DNA of 62,570 bases, filler included, from Pirum gemmata (GCA_002812295.1; 25 parts of 25 records of this genome joined end to end with filler, not necessarily neighbours in it), one strand, 5' to 3'; counted from the first letter of the whole stretch, positions 11,183 to 25,700 are shown. Made by a program: numbers and translations. Notes: generated from the letters alone by a model not told the origin.

Positions 11183-12145
11183 TACTAGCTAGCTAGCTAG
11201 AGTAGCTACAGAGTGGTCTGTCCACTAGCTAGCTAGTAGCTAAATTACAGACCAAATCCCTCAAAACTTTGTATGTATTGAACGTTTTTTTTATTTTTAT
11301 TTATTATTTTTTTTAATATTATTATTATTTGCCAAATAAGATCAAAAAGGTCAAAAAAATAAGTTTTTATTTATTTATAGTCTAAATAAACAAATGTATA
11401 GACTAATATCTGACACTGAGCAAAATCACAAGCTCTACCTCTACCTAGCTAGCTACAGCTACAGCTAGTTAGTTAGTAGCTAGAGTAAGCAAACTTTTTT
11501 ATTTTATTTATTTTTATATGATATTATATTATGATACTACTAGCTACTAGTAGTAGTCTGATATTTGAGATAAATAATAAAAGCAAAAAGTGAGAAAGTA
11601 AATAGTAAAAAATTTAATAATAGTAATAATAATAATAAAATAATAATATAATAATAAAAAAAAAAAAAAAAAAANNNNNNNNNNNNNNNNNNNNNNNNNN
11701 NNNNNNNNNNNNNNNNNNTTAATTAATTAANNNNNNNNNNNNNNNNNNNNNNNNNNNNNNNNNNNNNNNNNNNNTTATCTATGTATTGATTTAAAAATAT
11801 CAACTTAAAGATTATAACCCTCCAAATAAATATTTGGAGTGATAAAATAAATGAAAGGCACGATAATAAAAAAAAGTAAGACGTTTTTAGATTGTTTGCA
11901 CTATACTTAAATTATTCAGGGTTAGGGTTAGGGTTAGGGTTAGGGTTAGGGTTAGGGTTAGGGTTAGGGTTAGGGTTAGGGTTAGGGTTAGGGTTAGGTG
12001 ATATAGATATTATAAATAAGTTTGAAGAATAAGTTCTTTTCAAGTAATCTAAGTTAGGTAAACTTTTGCAATTATACAAAGAAAGTTCCGTTAATTTCAT
12101 ATTTTCTCATTCCCTCAATATTAATTTTAAACTTTTACAATTAAA

Positions 12146-12340
12146 TATTGTGCTTTTCATTTATTTTGTCACTCCGAATATTTATTTGGTTGTTTATTAT
12201 TATAAAATTTAAATTGATACTTTTAAATAAATAAATATATCATAAAATATACCAAATTTAAAGTAAACAGATTTATATTATATTAATTTGGTACTATTTA
12301 TTGTATACTTTATAATGACAAAACAAATGAAAAGCACTAT
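12146..12340 (-). mobile_element. MITE family 1, full-length copy
   Basis: TATTGTGCTTTTCATTTATTTTGTCA...TGACAAAACAAATGAAAAGCACTATA. Confidence 0.88.
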
Positions 12341-12854
12341 AATGTAAGACTAGTTATGGAAAACTAGTTATGATAAATTGGTTTACTTAATTCTACGGAC
12401 TGTTTTTTCTTTTTTTTTTTTTTTCTGTTTACCACTGTATAACACTGTACGCTGTGGCTACGCCGTGGTACGCTAACTAGCTTAAGTAGACCAGTCGTTT
12501 GGACTCGTTCCCCACTCACTTTTTTTTTTCCTAAATCTAATTAGTTGATTGGCCTTTTTTTACTAGCTAGGACAATTTTATCTTCTTAGTAGTGTGTTTT
12601 ATCTTCTAGGTTTTATCTTTTAGCTGTTTTATCTTTATTGTGAAAAAAACTAGGAAAAAAACTTGGGATCCAAATAAGAGCCATGCAACACACTACACGT
12701 AATTTTCTAAATTTTTGTATCGCCAATGAAAACAATTTGAAATCCTGAAGAAGTATCCAAAGATTCCAAACATCCAAACCACCTTTAGAACCACGGCTCA
12801 ACAGTGGCTCAACTTTGGTGGCTGTGAATTTTTCTTAGGAGAATTTGTTAAATC

Positions 12855-13239
12855 CAACATTTCCATTTATACAGTAAAGTGGCTAGTCTACTATAGACTA
12901 CCCCCATGGAGAGCTTACCTTCATATATTTTGAATCGGATCGATAAAGGAAAAGGTCCCCGAACCATGTTCTGCTATATATTATTATGTAATTTTTTTTG
13001 ATTTTTTAGGGTTAGGGTTAGGGTTAGGGTTAGGAATGTTTAGGGTTAGGGTTAGGGTTAGGGTTAGGGTTAGGGTTAGGGTTAGGGTTAGGGTTAGGGT
13101 TAGGGTTNNNNNNNNNNNNNNNNNNNNNNNNNNNNNNNNNNNNNNNNNNNNNNNNNNNNNNNNNNNNNNNNNNNNNNNNNNNNNNNNNNNNTTAGGGTTA
13201 GGGTTAGGGTTAGGGTTAGGGTTAGGGTTAGGGTTAGGG

Positions 13240-13271
<32 letters not shown>

Positions 13272-13447
13272 AACCCCGACTCAATCGAAATCAAAAAATA
13301 TAATAGCCATTTGTAATAGCAACAGAGTATGATTCGGGAGGGTCTATTCGGGACCTTTTCCTTTATCGATCCGACCCAAAAGATATGAACTTTGAAGGGG
13401 TTCTATAGCGACTTTACTGTACATATATGTCATATATGGAAATGTTG
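12855..13447. mobile_element. Foldback or MITE-like element with ~100-bp inverted arms enclosing a (TTAGGG)n array
   Basis: The left arm CAACATTTCCAT...TACAGTAAAGT...TCGGATCGATAAAGGAAAAGGTCCC is the reverse complement of 13347-13447. Confidence 0.8.
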
Positions 13448-13805
13448 TATTTTTAATAAAAGGCCCCGGGCCAGTAAGTGAGTGGCAGTGTAAAAGTCTG
13501 CCTCTAGGAAAGTCTACAAGGAAAGTCTAATATGAAAGTGTAAATTTAAAGTATATAATATTATAATATAAACATATATATTCATGATAATCAGGTGTAA
13601 TCAGGAATATCTTCGTTTTTTTATAGGAATTCAAGAGGAATTGGTCATGAACAACAAGGAATTGAACAACGAAAAATCGTTGCTTTGACTTGTGGGTATA
13701 ATACTTATGTCTGACTAAAAGTGAAAAAATAATTCAACTTTATTTTAAACGTAATATATTTTGATATTTTTCAACTAATAATATTAATAATAATAATATA
13801 ATAAC

Positions 13806-13836
<31 letters not shown>

Positions 13837-14080
13837 TAATAATAATAATATTTTAATAATAATAATATAATAATAATAGTAATAATAATAATAATAATAA
13901 CTAAATGTCAAATCTACTACAGGTTCTCCTCCACCAATAATTAACTGAAACTAAAGGATCATATAAAAACTTATTTCTAANNNNNNNNNNNNNNNNNNNN
14001 NNNNNNNNNNNNNNNNNNNNNNNNTTAATTAATTAANNNNNNNNNNNNNNNNNNNNNNNNNNNNNNNNNNNNNNNNNNNN

Positions 14081-14118
<38 letters not shown>

Positions 14119-17100
14119 AAAGGATAATGATAATGATAATAATAATGATATTGACATTGACATTGATATTGATGTTGATATTGATATCATAGTGTAGACA
14201 GGCCTGTGTAGACTGTCTACTACTTGAGGCTTTTGAAAATAATAATCTGACCCACACTAATTGAACATTTAAAAATAGTCTGTGTGGGAGTAGTTTATGT
14301 AGCTGTTAGGTTAAATCCTGTAGATTCCCTTTTAACCATTCCAGATTGAGAATAAACATCCAGAAGTTTTGTGCAATTGTGGCTGATCTATAGTTTTTCA
14401 TCTGTACTGTAGCCAATTGTTGAAAATTCAGACTCTTCCCCAAACTTTTTTAATTAGTCTGATTGGTTCAAAGGGTTGACTAATAAAGAAATTTTAAGAG
14501 ATGCGTATAAAGTGTCAACACTATTGGTATATACAGTTTTATAAAAATTAATGTTTTAAACTTTAAATTTTAAAGGCTACAAGGGTACCTAAATTAAGTA
14601 GATTTTGGCCTAAATTTAGTACACAAATCCCATATTTCTATATTTGTAAACTCTATTTGCCTGTGCGATGTACCAAACAGTGGCAAAGTTCCGAGTCTGC
14701 AGAGACCAGGGGCTCAGACCGGGGGCTAGCTAGTAGAAACCGGGGGCTAGCTAGTCTCTATCGGTCAGAAAAAAGGGCTCATATGAGCCCGGGGTGTGGG
14801 CTCATATGAGCCCATCCATTTTTTCCCTTTTTTTCTAAAAAAAATTTTTTNNNNNNNNNNNNNNNNNNNNNNNNNNNNTTTTTTTTTTTTTCGAGTCAGC
14901 AAAATTTAGGGGAAAATGATGTTTTAATTAGAACAAGTGCTGAAAATAATGTTTTTTCTTGCTATTCGATGACAAAATCGGACTCCTTGGGTCGAATATA
15001 ATCGATATATATTTATTTTTTAAAAATATATAACAGCTAGAGTACTACAGCTAGCTAGCTAGAGAAGCTCGAGGTTTGTAGAGAGCCAACAGCCAACTTA
15101 GAAAAACTGTTAGACTACAAAAATAGATGTACAAAAATTATTTAGACTACGGTTTATTGGAAGATAATAATATTATATAATTTATATTGATATAAAATAA
15201 ATTTTTTATAATTTTTTTATTTATTATAAACCGCTTGTTCAACTGTGCCGACGTTGTGTTGCTACACTGTTGCTACTATCGATAGCTTCTACTAGTAGCT
15301 AGTAGCTAGAGCTAGCCGTGTTGAACAGGGGACAACCCAAACTTATTATTATTATTATTATTATTATTATAATTTCTTTTAAGGATTAGGGTTTGGGATA
15401 GGTTTTGAGTTGGGTTTGGGTTAGAGTTTGGGTTAGGGTTTAGGTTAGGGTCAGAGTTAGGGTTGGGTTTAGGGTTAGGGCTAGGGTTAGAGCTGGGGTT
15501 GGGAAAGGGTGTTTATATGAATTTTAATGCACAATATTATCATGCTTGTATTAGCATGGTATAAGCTTATTAATAAGTGTTGCTTAAAAGCTTGGACAAT
15601 ATCCATAATAACCAATATCATCACAATGATATATATATTGCTAGAGGATTTTTTTCTTTTTGTTTTATATATGATATCGATAGTAAAAAGAAAAAGAAAA
15701 AGTTATCGAAAGTGTTCTGGGAAAATGTAGAAAGTATTGAGGCTCGAGTTATTATTTTGGAATATGAAGATAATAATATTAATGATAATAAAAAAGGGTT
15801 AGGGTTAGGGTGAGGGTTAGATTAAAAAAAAATCGATAGATATCGTAGATTCGTAGAAGGGTCCACCGACTGTCTACTGTCACTACTGATAATGCTGTAA
15901 AAAAAGAAAAAAATAAAAACAATAAAACACCTTATAAATAAAACACTTTTTTGTTAGTTTTTTTTTTATTTATTAATTTTATTTTTGTTATGTTTTTATT
16001 TTTGTTTTTTGTTTTTGTTTTTTGTTTTTGGCTGGCTACCCAAAATAGTTCAAAATTCTGTCAAAATTCTGCTAGTTAGTTCTATATAATATCAGATATA
16101 ATTTATTCCGTGCCGGTCGTGAGCCTTATAATTAAATCTGAACATTTCAACTTCATAATTATTAATACCATTATAAGAAAGAGAAACCAGACCATTTTTC
16201 AATAAAGAAAACCTTTTAGAATAAAAAAGAAGAATAAAATTGTATCATACATATATATAATATTAATAATATATTAATGTATATATTAATTAATTAATAA
16301 TTATGTATATAATATAATATATATTNNNNNNNNNNNNNNNNNNNNNNNNNNNNNNNNNNNNNNNNNNNNTTAATTAATTAANNNNNNNNNNNNNNNNNNN
16401 NNNNNNNNNNNNNNNNNNNNNNNNNATAATTACTATAATACTAATTTTTTTTCTCTTTATTTTTTATTATTAATAGACTAGTCTAGTCAATATGGATGAT
16501 AAAAAAAAATAATATTAAATATCATAACAAAAAAACATCAACAAATAAAAAAAAAACCCCACGTTACATTCACATGTTAACTTTACTTCGGCTCGTTTTC
16601 CGAGTCTTTAAAAAATAGAGAAGCATATCGATCTCGAGCCGAATTGCAATATTTCTAGCCAATTAAAAAAATTACTTTTTTCAATTCGTTCAAACATTAC
16701 GTACCTATTTTATGTTATAGAGAGAGTGTGGGTGTGTTTTTAGTGCTTTTGAAAAGCTTGGGGTAGAGAAAAGGGATAAAAAAAACAGTAAAAATACATA
16801 CGTTCTTTTTGAACACCTCTTATATATTTATAAATCCTATTTAAAAATTAATTAACCTAGGCTTGAAAAATTTATAACAGACTAAACAAGCCTGTAAGTT
16901 TCGAGCTGAAATCCTAGTAAATACTAAATAATTTTCTTTCATATATAGAAAACGTCACTATTACGTCATAGGTGATAAGGAGAAAGGACAAATAATTATT
17001 GTTAATGGTGGTCTTGGCTAGTCTTGGGCTGTAGCTACTACTACTAGACTATCTGATAATACCTGAGTCTGCATTACAGAAGTATTACAGAAGTATCAAT

Positions 17101-18842
17101 ACAGATTCAATACTATCTATCATACAGACAGGAAGACCCAGTTGATTTTTCCCAGTTCTTGGTTATTATGTACTGACACACAAGGGTATAAAAATTTAAT
17201 AGTACTTTCCTGGAGTAGCCCAAAACACGTATAAATAAAAAAAAAAAAATTATCATTATCATCATTATCATCATTATTATCATCATTGTTATCATCATTA
17301 TTATCAACATTAATATCATTATCATTAATTATTATCGTTATTATCATTATCATTATTATTCTTATCATTATTATCATTATTATAATTATTTTCATTATCA
17401 CCATTATTATCATTATTCTATTCTATGCTCCTACTACTAAAAACGTAATAAATGCATGTACGCGTCAAAATCGTCAAGATTTTGTTGACTTGTAATTATT
17501 GCCGGTGATAATTACTATGGCGATTATTGATATTATTTTTATTCCTATTATTACTTTTCCTATTATTATTATTCTTATTATCACTATTATTACCAACCCT
17601 AACCTTAACCCTAACTCTGACGCTTTAAATCACAGTAAAATGTTTGTATTACCCTTTTATTTCGGTGTGTTGAAATATACCCGGTAACAAAAAAAAATTG
17701 TTCACAATGATTGATACGATTTATTTTTTATCAATAGTCGATTTATTATTATTTTTCTTCTTAACCCTAACTAACCCTAACCCTAACTCTTTCAACTCTA
17801 ACCCTAAACACTAACACAAACATGAACCATAACCCTAATAGAGTAAGACGATTAGGGTTATGGTCTTTGGAATGGATGGAGGAAATGTTCGATCAGATAA
17901 ATGCAGTATCATCATTCCCAACTGCGTTTTCAACCAAACGAGTATTTATATGTATAGTGTTTTTATTTACAAGTTTTCCATTTTCTTTTAATGCTTTTTT
18001 GGCCTCCTTTGTAATTGTTTCCACCCTAACCCAAAAAAAGAAGGCTACGATGGTGTGAAAATTGACAAACATGTACTTCCGGCTGAGAATACAGAAACTC
18101 ACGAAGTAGATTTATGAAATGGAAAAATATCAACAAACAATTAGTAAATTCAATGGAATTTCAACTGGCGGAGGTCCCTATTAATTTACAAGACAAGCGC
18201 ATTGAATTAAGGTATGGGGAAAAATTAAATTCGAACACTTGAAAAAAGTACGGATGGGAAAGAAAATTGAAGACACGGCAAAAGAATTAAAAGAAAATGG
18301 AAAACTTGTACAAATGAAAAATGGACACGAATCTTTTGGATGGCCGGTAAAAATGTTCGATCAGATAAATGCAGTATCATCATTCCCAACTGCGTTTTCA
18401 CAAGTAAAAATGATAAATGCGATGAAAGAAAAAGCTTTAACCACTAATGAACACAAAAAATTGATACAGAGCATACAAAAAGAATCCTTTAATCAACGAA
18501 AATCCTCATAATAATATACAAATTATTACAATTATTTTTGAATTAAGGGAAAAAGCTGCTCCAAGCTACGATACTAAGCAAAGATTAAGGCAAAAAGTGA
18601 ATGATTATCATACGTTTAATGGTAAAAACAGTAATGGTAAACCAATCTNNNNNNNNNNNNNNNNNNNNNNNNNNNNNNNNNNNNNNNNNNNNTTAATTAA
18701 TTAANNNNNNNNNNNNNNNNNNNNNNNNNNNNNNNNNNNNNNNNNNNNTAATAATAATAATAAAAAGGGGGGCGAAAAAAAAAGTAAAATTAAGTGATTA
18801 TTTTATAATTTTTATAAGAGGAAAACACGTGATGACACATAC

Positions 18843-20039
18843 AAGTAAGTTAAGGCAGTTAGACCATTAAATATTCTGGCATCAAGGTTTCCAATTTTAT
18901 TTCCCCATACTTCTCTATATATATATATATATATATATAAAGAAAAAAGTAAACCAAATATCCAAAAATATCTGTTAATAATACTAACACTGACACTGAC
19001 ACTAACACTAAATACTATAAAACTGATAGGTGACAATTTTCACGTACATTATTATAAAAATGTAGCAGTAAATAAAAAGCTAAAACAAAACTTTGACAGA
19101 AAGTTTGGTTAATTGTGAGAAGAAAAAGAAAAATATTCTTTATGTGTCAGAGTTTTGTTTTATTTTATTTAGAATTTTTTTTATTATATTACATGTATCT
19201 GAATAATAAAGAAACGTGAAAAACAATATATTATGTTAAAGGTAATAAAACAAACGACATTTAACAATATATACTTACGAGTGACACAAATACTAACACT
19301 AATTAAAATGAATATTTTTAGTAAATGTTTTGATGATAACGAAGATGATCATAATGATAATACCAAAATTAATACTAATACTAATACTAAAATACGAATA
19401 CTAATACTAATACTAATACTAATACTAATACTAATGCTAATACTAATACTAATACTGATATTAAAAATGATACTAATACTAATACTAACACTATAGCTAA
19501 TACTAAAATTAATACTTAAACTAATACTAAAACTAATACTAAAAGTATTAATCCTTATATCACTACTAATAATAATACTTACATTTTTGCCAAGTTAGTT
19601 AAACCTTTAAAGACATCGACTTCCAGGCTTAATAAATTATTGTTAGATAATTCTCTAAAGTATAATAAAATAAATAAATAAACAAATAGAATAGAATACA
19701 ATACAATACAATGCAATGCAATACAATACAATGCAATACAATACAATACAATACAATACAATACAATAAAAAACAGTATATATATTACAGATGATGTATG
19801 TTTTTTTCTGTAGCTAGCTACAGCAGAGAATGATTTTTCTCTAACTAGCCACAGTAGAATAATGAACTCAACACTTACACAGCCGTACATGATGCCTTTT
19901 CTGCTTCTGTAATCGCGCCATTATCACGTAAAACATTATTTGTAATGGTAAAATAACTTTTATCACAAGTTTTTCCATATACAGAACTAGTGAAATTCAG
20001 TAAAAATACTGAGAACACAAACGTAAAACAAGCCAACAT
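18843..20039 (-). CDS. Secreted or receptor-type leucine-rich-repeat protein, 3'-partial; exons 20039-19879, 19654-19583, 18914-18843
   Basis: Exon 1 is MLACFTFVFSVFLLNFTSSVYG-KTCDK...SCTA (signal peptide plus Cys cap). Two 72-nt phase-2 exons follow: ELSNNNLLSLEVDVFKGLTNLAK and EVWGNKIGNLDARIFNGLTALTY. Boundaries are canonical GTAAGT/GTATGT...TAG. Confidence 0.88.
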
Positions 20040-20244
20040 GTAAATTACTATAACTATAACTATAACTATTACTATTACTATTACTATTACTATTACTATT
20101 ACTATTACTAGTACTATTACTATTACTTTTACTATTACTATTACTATTATTGCTATTACTATTACTATTATTATTACTATTACTTTTACTATTACTAACC
20201 GTAAGTATAGTCTGTAACAGTTACACCCATTCGTATAACGGTAN

Positions 20245-20292
<48 letters not shown>

Positions 20293-21899
20293 GCGGTTTT
20301 TTAGGGGGGTTTTTTTTTGTGTGTTTTTTGGGGACTTGAACGAACGGTGACGTTTTTTAGCTCAGATGGTGCACGTATACTGCACGTATAAGCTCGAAAA
20401 TATTCAAAAATCCAAAAATCTCAAAGTGATCTGTAATGAAGGTACAGTGAAAGTCAGTACTACCAAATTTTGAAAAATCGAGTAACTAAGAAAACTCTAT
20501 TATGAACCAGTGGCCAGTTTTTAATAATAGTTTGGCAGTTAGAATTAAAAGTTTTTAGAAAAGAAGTTGAGCTGGAAGTTGAGTTTAAGTAATTTTAACT
20601 TTAAATTAGTTATTGGCTAATATTGACTGCCCCTATAACCAATAATAAACAATATAAGTATCGTCATGTGGTACTGTTATCTTTTCCTGTACGGTTTTTT
20701 TTTTCATATAAAAACCTGGACTAGTAGCTAGCTACACTAGCTAGGCCCTGGGGTACTCAACATGATAGGTCCTCGATAGCTGATAGGTTTATCATCTATG
20801 ATGTCATTGATGAATAACAAATATGAGATGTCAATTTGTCAAAGACCCACAAGAAGTTGGCAGTTGAAGGACTTGAAGGAACTCGCCCCAGAAAAAAAGA
20901 TTTTTTTTATCGGGCTTGATTCAAAAACTAAAATAAACGTATTATCAGACATGTTTTTTAAAATTTTTAATTTTTTTTTTTTTTTTTTTTTTTTTTTTNN
21001 NNNNNNNNNNNNNNNNNNNNNNNNNNNNNNNNNNNNNNNNNNTTAATTAATTAANNNNNNNNNNNNNNNNNNNNNNNNNNNNNNNNNNNNNNNNNNNNGT
21101 CGGGGTTTTCCAATAATTTCCCCACCTGTGAAATAAAAAAATTTAGGAATATTTTAATTTTAGTAGTTAAATTACTTTATATATATATATTCTATATTTT
21201 CTAATAATTTCACCAATTTAACCAACTGGAAACCACGTTTTGTTGGCGAACTAATCATGGGTGAAACTTCCTTTAGACATAAAAAAGAGAAAAATGAGTG
21301 TATAAGGAGCTCTAATGGTATAAATCATAGAAGTTAAGGCGTTAAAGGAAAATACAACATTACTTAAATATAAAATACCATATTAATTAAAACATGTTCT
21401 GGTAGTTTAATCTTTGAACTGGACAACTATTAAAAAAAACACGATAGTCTCCAGCTAGCTACTAGCTAGCTAGACTAGATAGTAGAGTCGGCTGCCTAGC
21501 TAGGGTAATATATCATAGACTAGTGCTTTTCAGTTATTTTGTCGTCATAAAATATACAATAAATAGTACCAAATTAATACAATATAAATCCATTTTATTT
21601 AATTTGGTATATTTTGTAGTATTCCGTAAGTGACAGTCTTTTTTTTGGGCCAGTGTAAATGTAACGTCCAAAATAGAAATATTTATACTAAAAAAAGACA
21701 AATATACTTAATATAGTGCTATTTACAAAGTATTTGTATAAAAGTAATATTTTATTTCCAAATATAGCTTATATTATACCTTAAATAGACTTCAAAATAA
21801 TCCAAAAAATGGAAGGCATTACCAAAATAGGCATACGATTGGAAAACTGTATTAATTTATCAAAAGAAAGGTACTTATTAAAAATGATTCTATTATAAT

Positions 21900-22510
21900 A
21901 TGATATACACTCCCACATAAATATTACCACTCCCACATATATATAATGTCATCAATTATTCCAACCCGAGAGCAATTTGCTTTCCAATCATACATTCATA
22001 CATAGATTTTAGTTTCTGATAAACCTTCGAGATGATTTTCAAATGTTGCCAGTTCTTCACTTCTAGCCCAAGGGTTAAGAATTTAAAAGACTACATTTAG
22101 TGAAACCATTTCTTATGTTTTTTCAATAAAACCTTTTACAAATCTTCTCGTGAAACTTGAATGGTTGAAAAAGTAACACCTTCTTTCATTTTCTCCTTAC
22201 TTAAATAACTCAGCTTTGTGTTGTAAATAAAATTCCCTAACACTATCTTTGATGGGTATAGTACCCTAACACTATCTTTGATGGGTTTATTCAGTGTTTA
22301 TTCATAACGATATCGCAAGTTTGCATAATAAAAGTTAAACCACCATCAATGAATGAGTGCCAATATAATAACTGTTCCCTCAGTATTATTTTCATTATCT
22401 TCTCTCACCCAATTCAACACTTCCTCGGCTATGTGAACAGGCGCACTATCCCAAATCAACCCAACCCTATCTTTCTCCGACTTCAGCTCATATAAATCAC
22501 CCCTTTTAAG
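21900..22510 (-). pseudogene. pogo/Tigger-family (DDE_1) transposase relic
   Basis: Minus-strand RVGLIWDSAPVHIAEEV, a frameshift, then IDGGLTFIMQTCDIVMNK and NKPIKDSVR. Contains stops and a short internal tandem duplication at ~22234-22286. Confidence 0.82.
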
Positions 22511-22556
22511 TGTAAATAACCGGATAAAACAAATAAAAAAAGCTGTATTTTATTAG

Positions 22557-22786
22557 TAGGGGTGAGATGACGTCATTTTATTATTACCGAACAGCTGCCG
22601 GAACTTTTCCGATTTTTATGGTTTTTATTACTATTAATGTTAATATTATTACTTTAATTGGTATCTACTATAATTAGATATACTATTTTTAGCTATTTAA
22701 CTGCTATTATTAGTAAGGAACACGGAACTAAGGTTGGCTCGATAAGCATCTGTTCGAAAAAAGTTCCAGTAGATATCTCACCCCTA
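22557..22786 (+). mobile_element. MITE family 3, 230 bp
   Basis: Perfect TIR TAGGGGTGAGAT / ATCTCACCCCTA, including the terminal TA. Confidence 0.88.
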
Positions 22787-25700
22787 CTTCTAAGCTGTAG
22801 TCTATTATCAGAACTATTATCAGAGTATTATCAGACTATTATCAGACTATTATCAGAGACTATTATCAGACTATTATCAGTATAATAATTACTGGTAATC
22901 ATACTTGATAAGAAAAATAGTAGAAAAATTAAATTATTTTGTTTTCTTTTTTTTCAGTTTTTTTTGTACATATGATAAAGGTACAACGTATAATACAACT
23001 TTTGGGCTTCACTAGAATTTTCAATTTTCGAATAAAAGTAATATATGTAATATAAATAATATAATTAATAGATTTGAAATTTTCAAACATAAAAGAAAAG
23101 AAGGTGGGACTTAAAATTAGTAAAAAAAAGCAGGACGTTTTTAGATTTTTTCATTAACTGTTTTTTTTTTCTTTTTCCTTCTCTCTATGTTTAATTTGTG
23201 TATTGTTTATTTATAAAATACAACAATAAGACTACAATAAGTATAAAATATCAAATTAATTCTTTATTATTATCATTATTATCATCATTATTATTATCAG
23301 TAGTATCATTATTATTATTATTATTNNNNNNNNNNNNNNNNNNNNNNNNNNNNNNNNNNNNNNNNNNNNTTAATTAATTAANNNNNNNNNNNNNNNNNNN
23401 NNNNNNNNNNNNNNNNNNNNNNNNNACGCAGTAGGGGGGTAGGTTTTCGTAATATGACATAGTATTATTTATTATATTCGTTTTTTTGAGCATTTAGGTT
23501 ATTTAGGGTACTATTTTTTCCAAATCGTTACGTCATAAGGGGTAGATAGTCCTTCTCAAACTGTGACAGGCTGTTATATGGGTAGTAGGGTAGGTTTTTG
23601 TCCTAAATCGGCGTTACGTAATTATTGAACGCTCCCTTATGATACTATTTTATTTATATCGTGCATTTCATTTATTTAAATATATAATAAAATATACCAA
23701 ATTAGATTAAATGGGTTTATATTTTATTAATTTGGTACTATTTATTGTATACTTGTATGATGACAAAACAACTGAAAAGTACTGCATCTTACGTAATCGA
23801 AGTCGTATCTCGACGATTCGATATATATAGTTCGATACTGTTCGATATAGATTAGAGTCTTTCGAACTGTTTTCCTCTCGATGTTGTAGTAGGTTATATA
23901 AAAGTTTACAAAAGAGGAGAGGTTATAAAAGTAACTGTTTACGGAGGGGATAGAGTCGGATAGACTACGGTAACAGTACAGTTTCAACTATTATTATGAT
24001 ACATGATGTAGACGGGGGGGTCTATTATTATTACTAATTATTATTATTATTAATATTATTATTATTATTATTATTATTATATTATTATTATTATTATTCA
24101 TGAAATAAACAATATAAATAGTACCAAATTAATACAATATAAATCCATTTAATTTAATTTGGTATATTTTATTTATTATTAATATTAGGGAACATTAATT
24201 CATAAAGGGTGTCACTTATTCTTTGATAGAAGTCTCGAAAGTGTAACTTAAACTGTTTTAGGTAGTAATTGATTATGAAAATGAAATTTAAAATTATGAC
24301 CAAAAGTGTTTTAAAAGGGCTAGGTGTTTTGGACAAGGAGGCATTGGCAAGATTAGGTGACGTCCATATTATCTAGACAAAAAGCACACTATGATCATGA
24401 TGCTATCATACTGGAGGCTAGCTATTATATATAGACCCTCTAGACTATATTTCATCGATTTTTTCACTCTAATTTAAATTATTTAATACTTATTTGGTTG
24501 TTATAACTTTTAAATTGACATGCTTTTTTAAATGAATATGTAGATAATAAAACATATCAAATTAAATTAAATGGATTTATATTGTATTTTAATCTGGTAC
24601 ACTTTTATTGTATGTTTTATGATTGCAAAACAACTGAAAATCACTACCATACTATAAGTCTACAAACCAAAGTGTAAATATAGACCTATTATCGGATATA
24701 TAATTATTTGATATAATATTTATAATTATATATATAATATTAATAAATATTATTATTATTATTATTATTATATACTACGTAACGCCAATATTAATTTCTG
24801 ATCAAATACACCCCTTACCTCCCTACCCCTCGACGCTAATTTCCGGTCAAATACCACCTACCTACCTACCCCTATACGCGACGTATTATTTGAACTCTCC
24901 CAAACAGTGAAAATAACGTTGGACATATTTTAACATAATATTATTATTAATATAACATATTAATATCACTAACATATCTCTGTTATTATTAAAATTCAAT
25001 GCATTTTTATACCTGTACGTGGTAGTACAGTACTGGTACTTTTCAGTTATTTTGTCATCATAAAATATACATAAAGAGCACCAAATTAATACTATATAAA
25101 TCCCTTTAAGTTAATTTGGTATATTTTATTATACATTTATTTATTTAATTAAATTTAAAGTATCAATTTAAATATTATAAACAACCAAATAAATATTTGG
25201 TTGTTTATAATATTTGAAAAGCACAATATGCCACATTTCGCACAATTTTACACTTTTGTCCCATAAAGTGTCTATATATATATATGCCATACTATTAAAC
25301 TTGTTCATTGGTTTCGAAACTTTTTTTTAATAATCCTTTTTTTCTTCTTACCATCATCATCATCATCATCATCATCGTCATCGTCATAATCATCATAATC
25401 ATCATCGTCATATATAATCATCATAATTATCATTGTCTTCTTCATCTTCATAATTATCGTCATAATCATCGTTATTATCAATGATATAATATAATAATAT
25501 ATAATATATCATATCATATACATAATTATATATTGGTAGTATTATCGATATATCTAGGTTGCTACATTATATAAATAAAAGTTATATTGTGCTTTTCATT
25601 TATTTTGTCACTCCGAATATTTATTTGGTTGTTTATAATATTTAAATTGATACTTTTAAATAAATAAATATATAATAAAATATACCAAATTANATCTCAT

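Noticed and set aside
11917..11998. TTAGGG arrays as true chromosome ends
   Set aside because: They are flanked by unique sequence on both sides, short, and often degenerate.
14190..14540. Coding-like minus-strand tract
   Set aside because: Multiple stops and no recognisable family.
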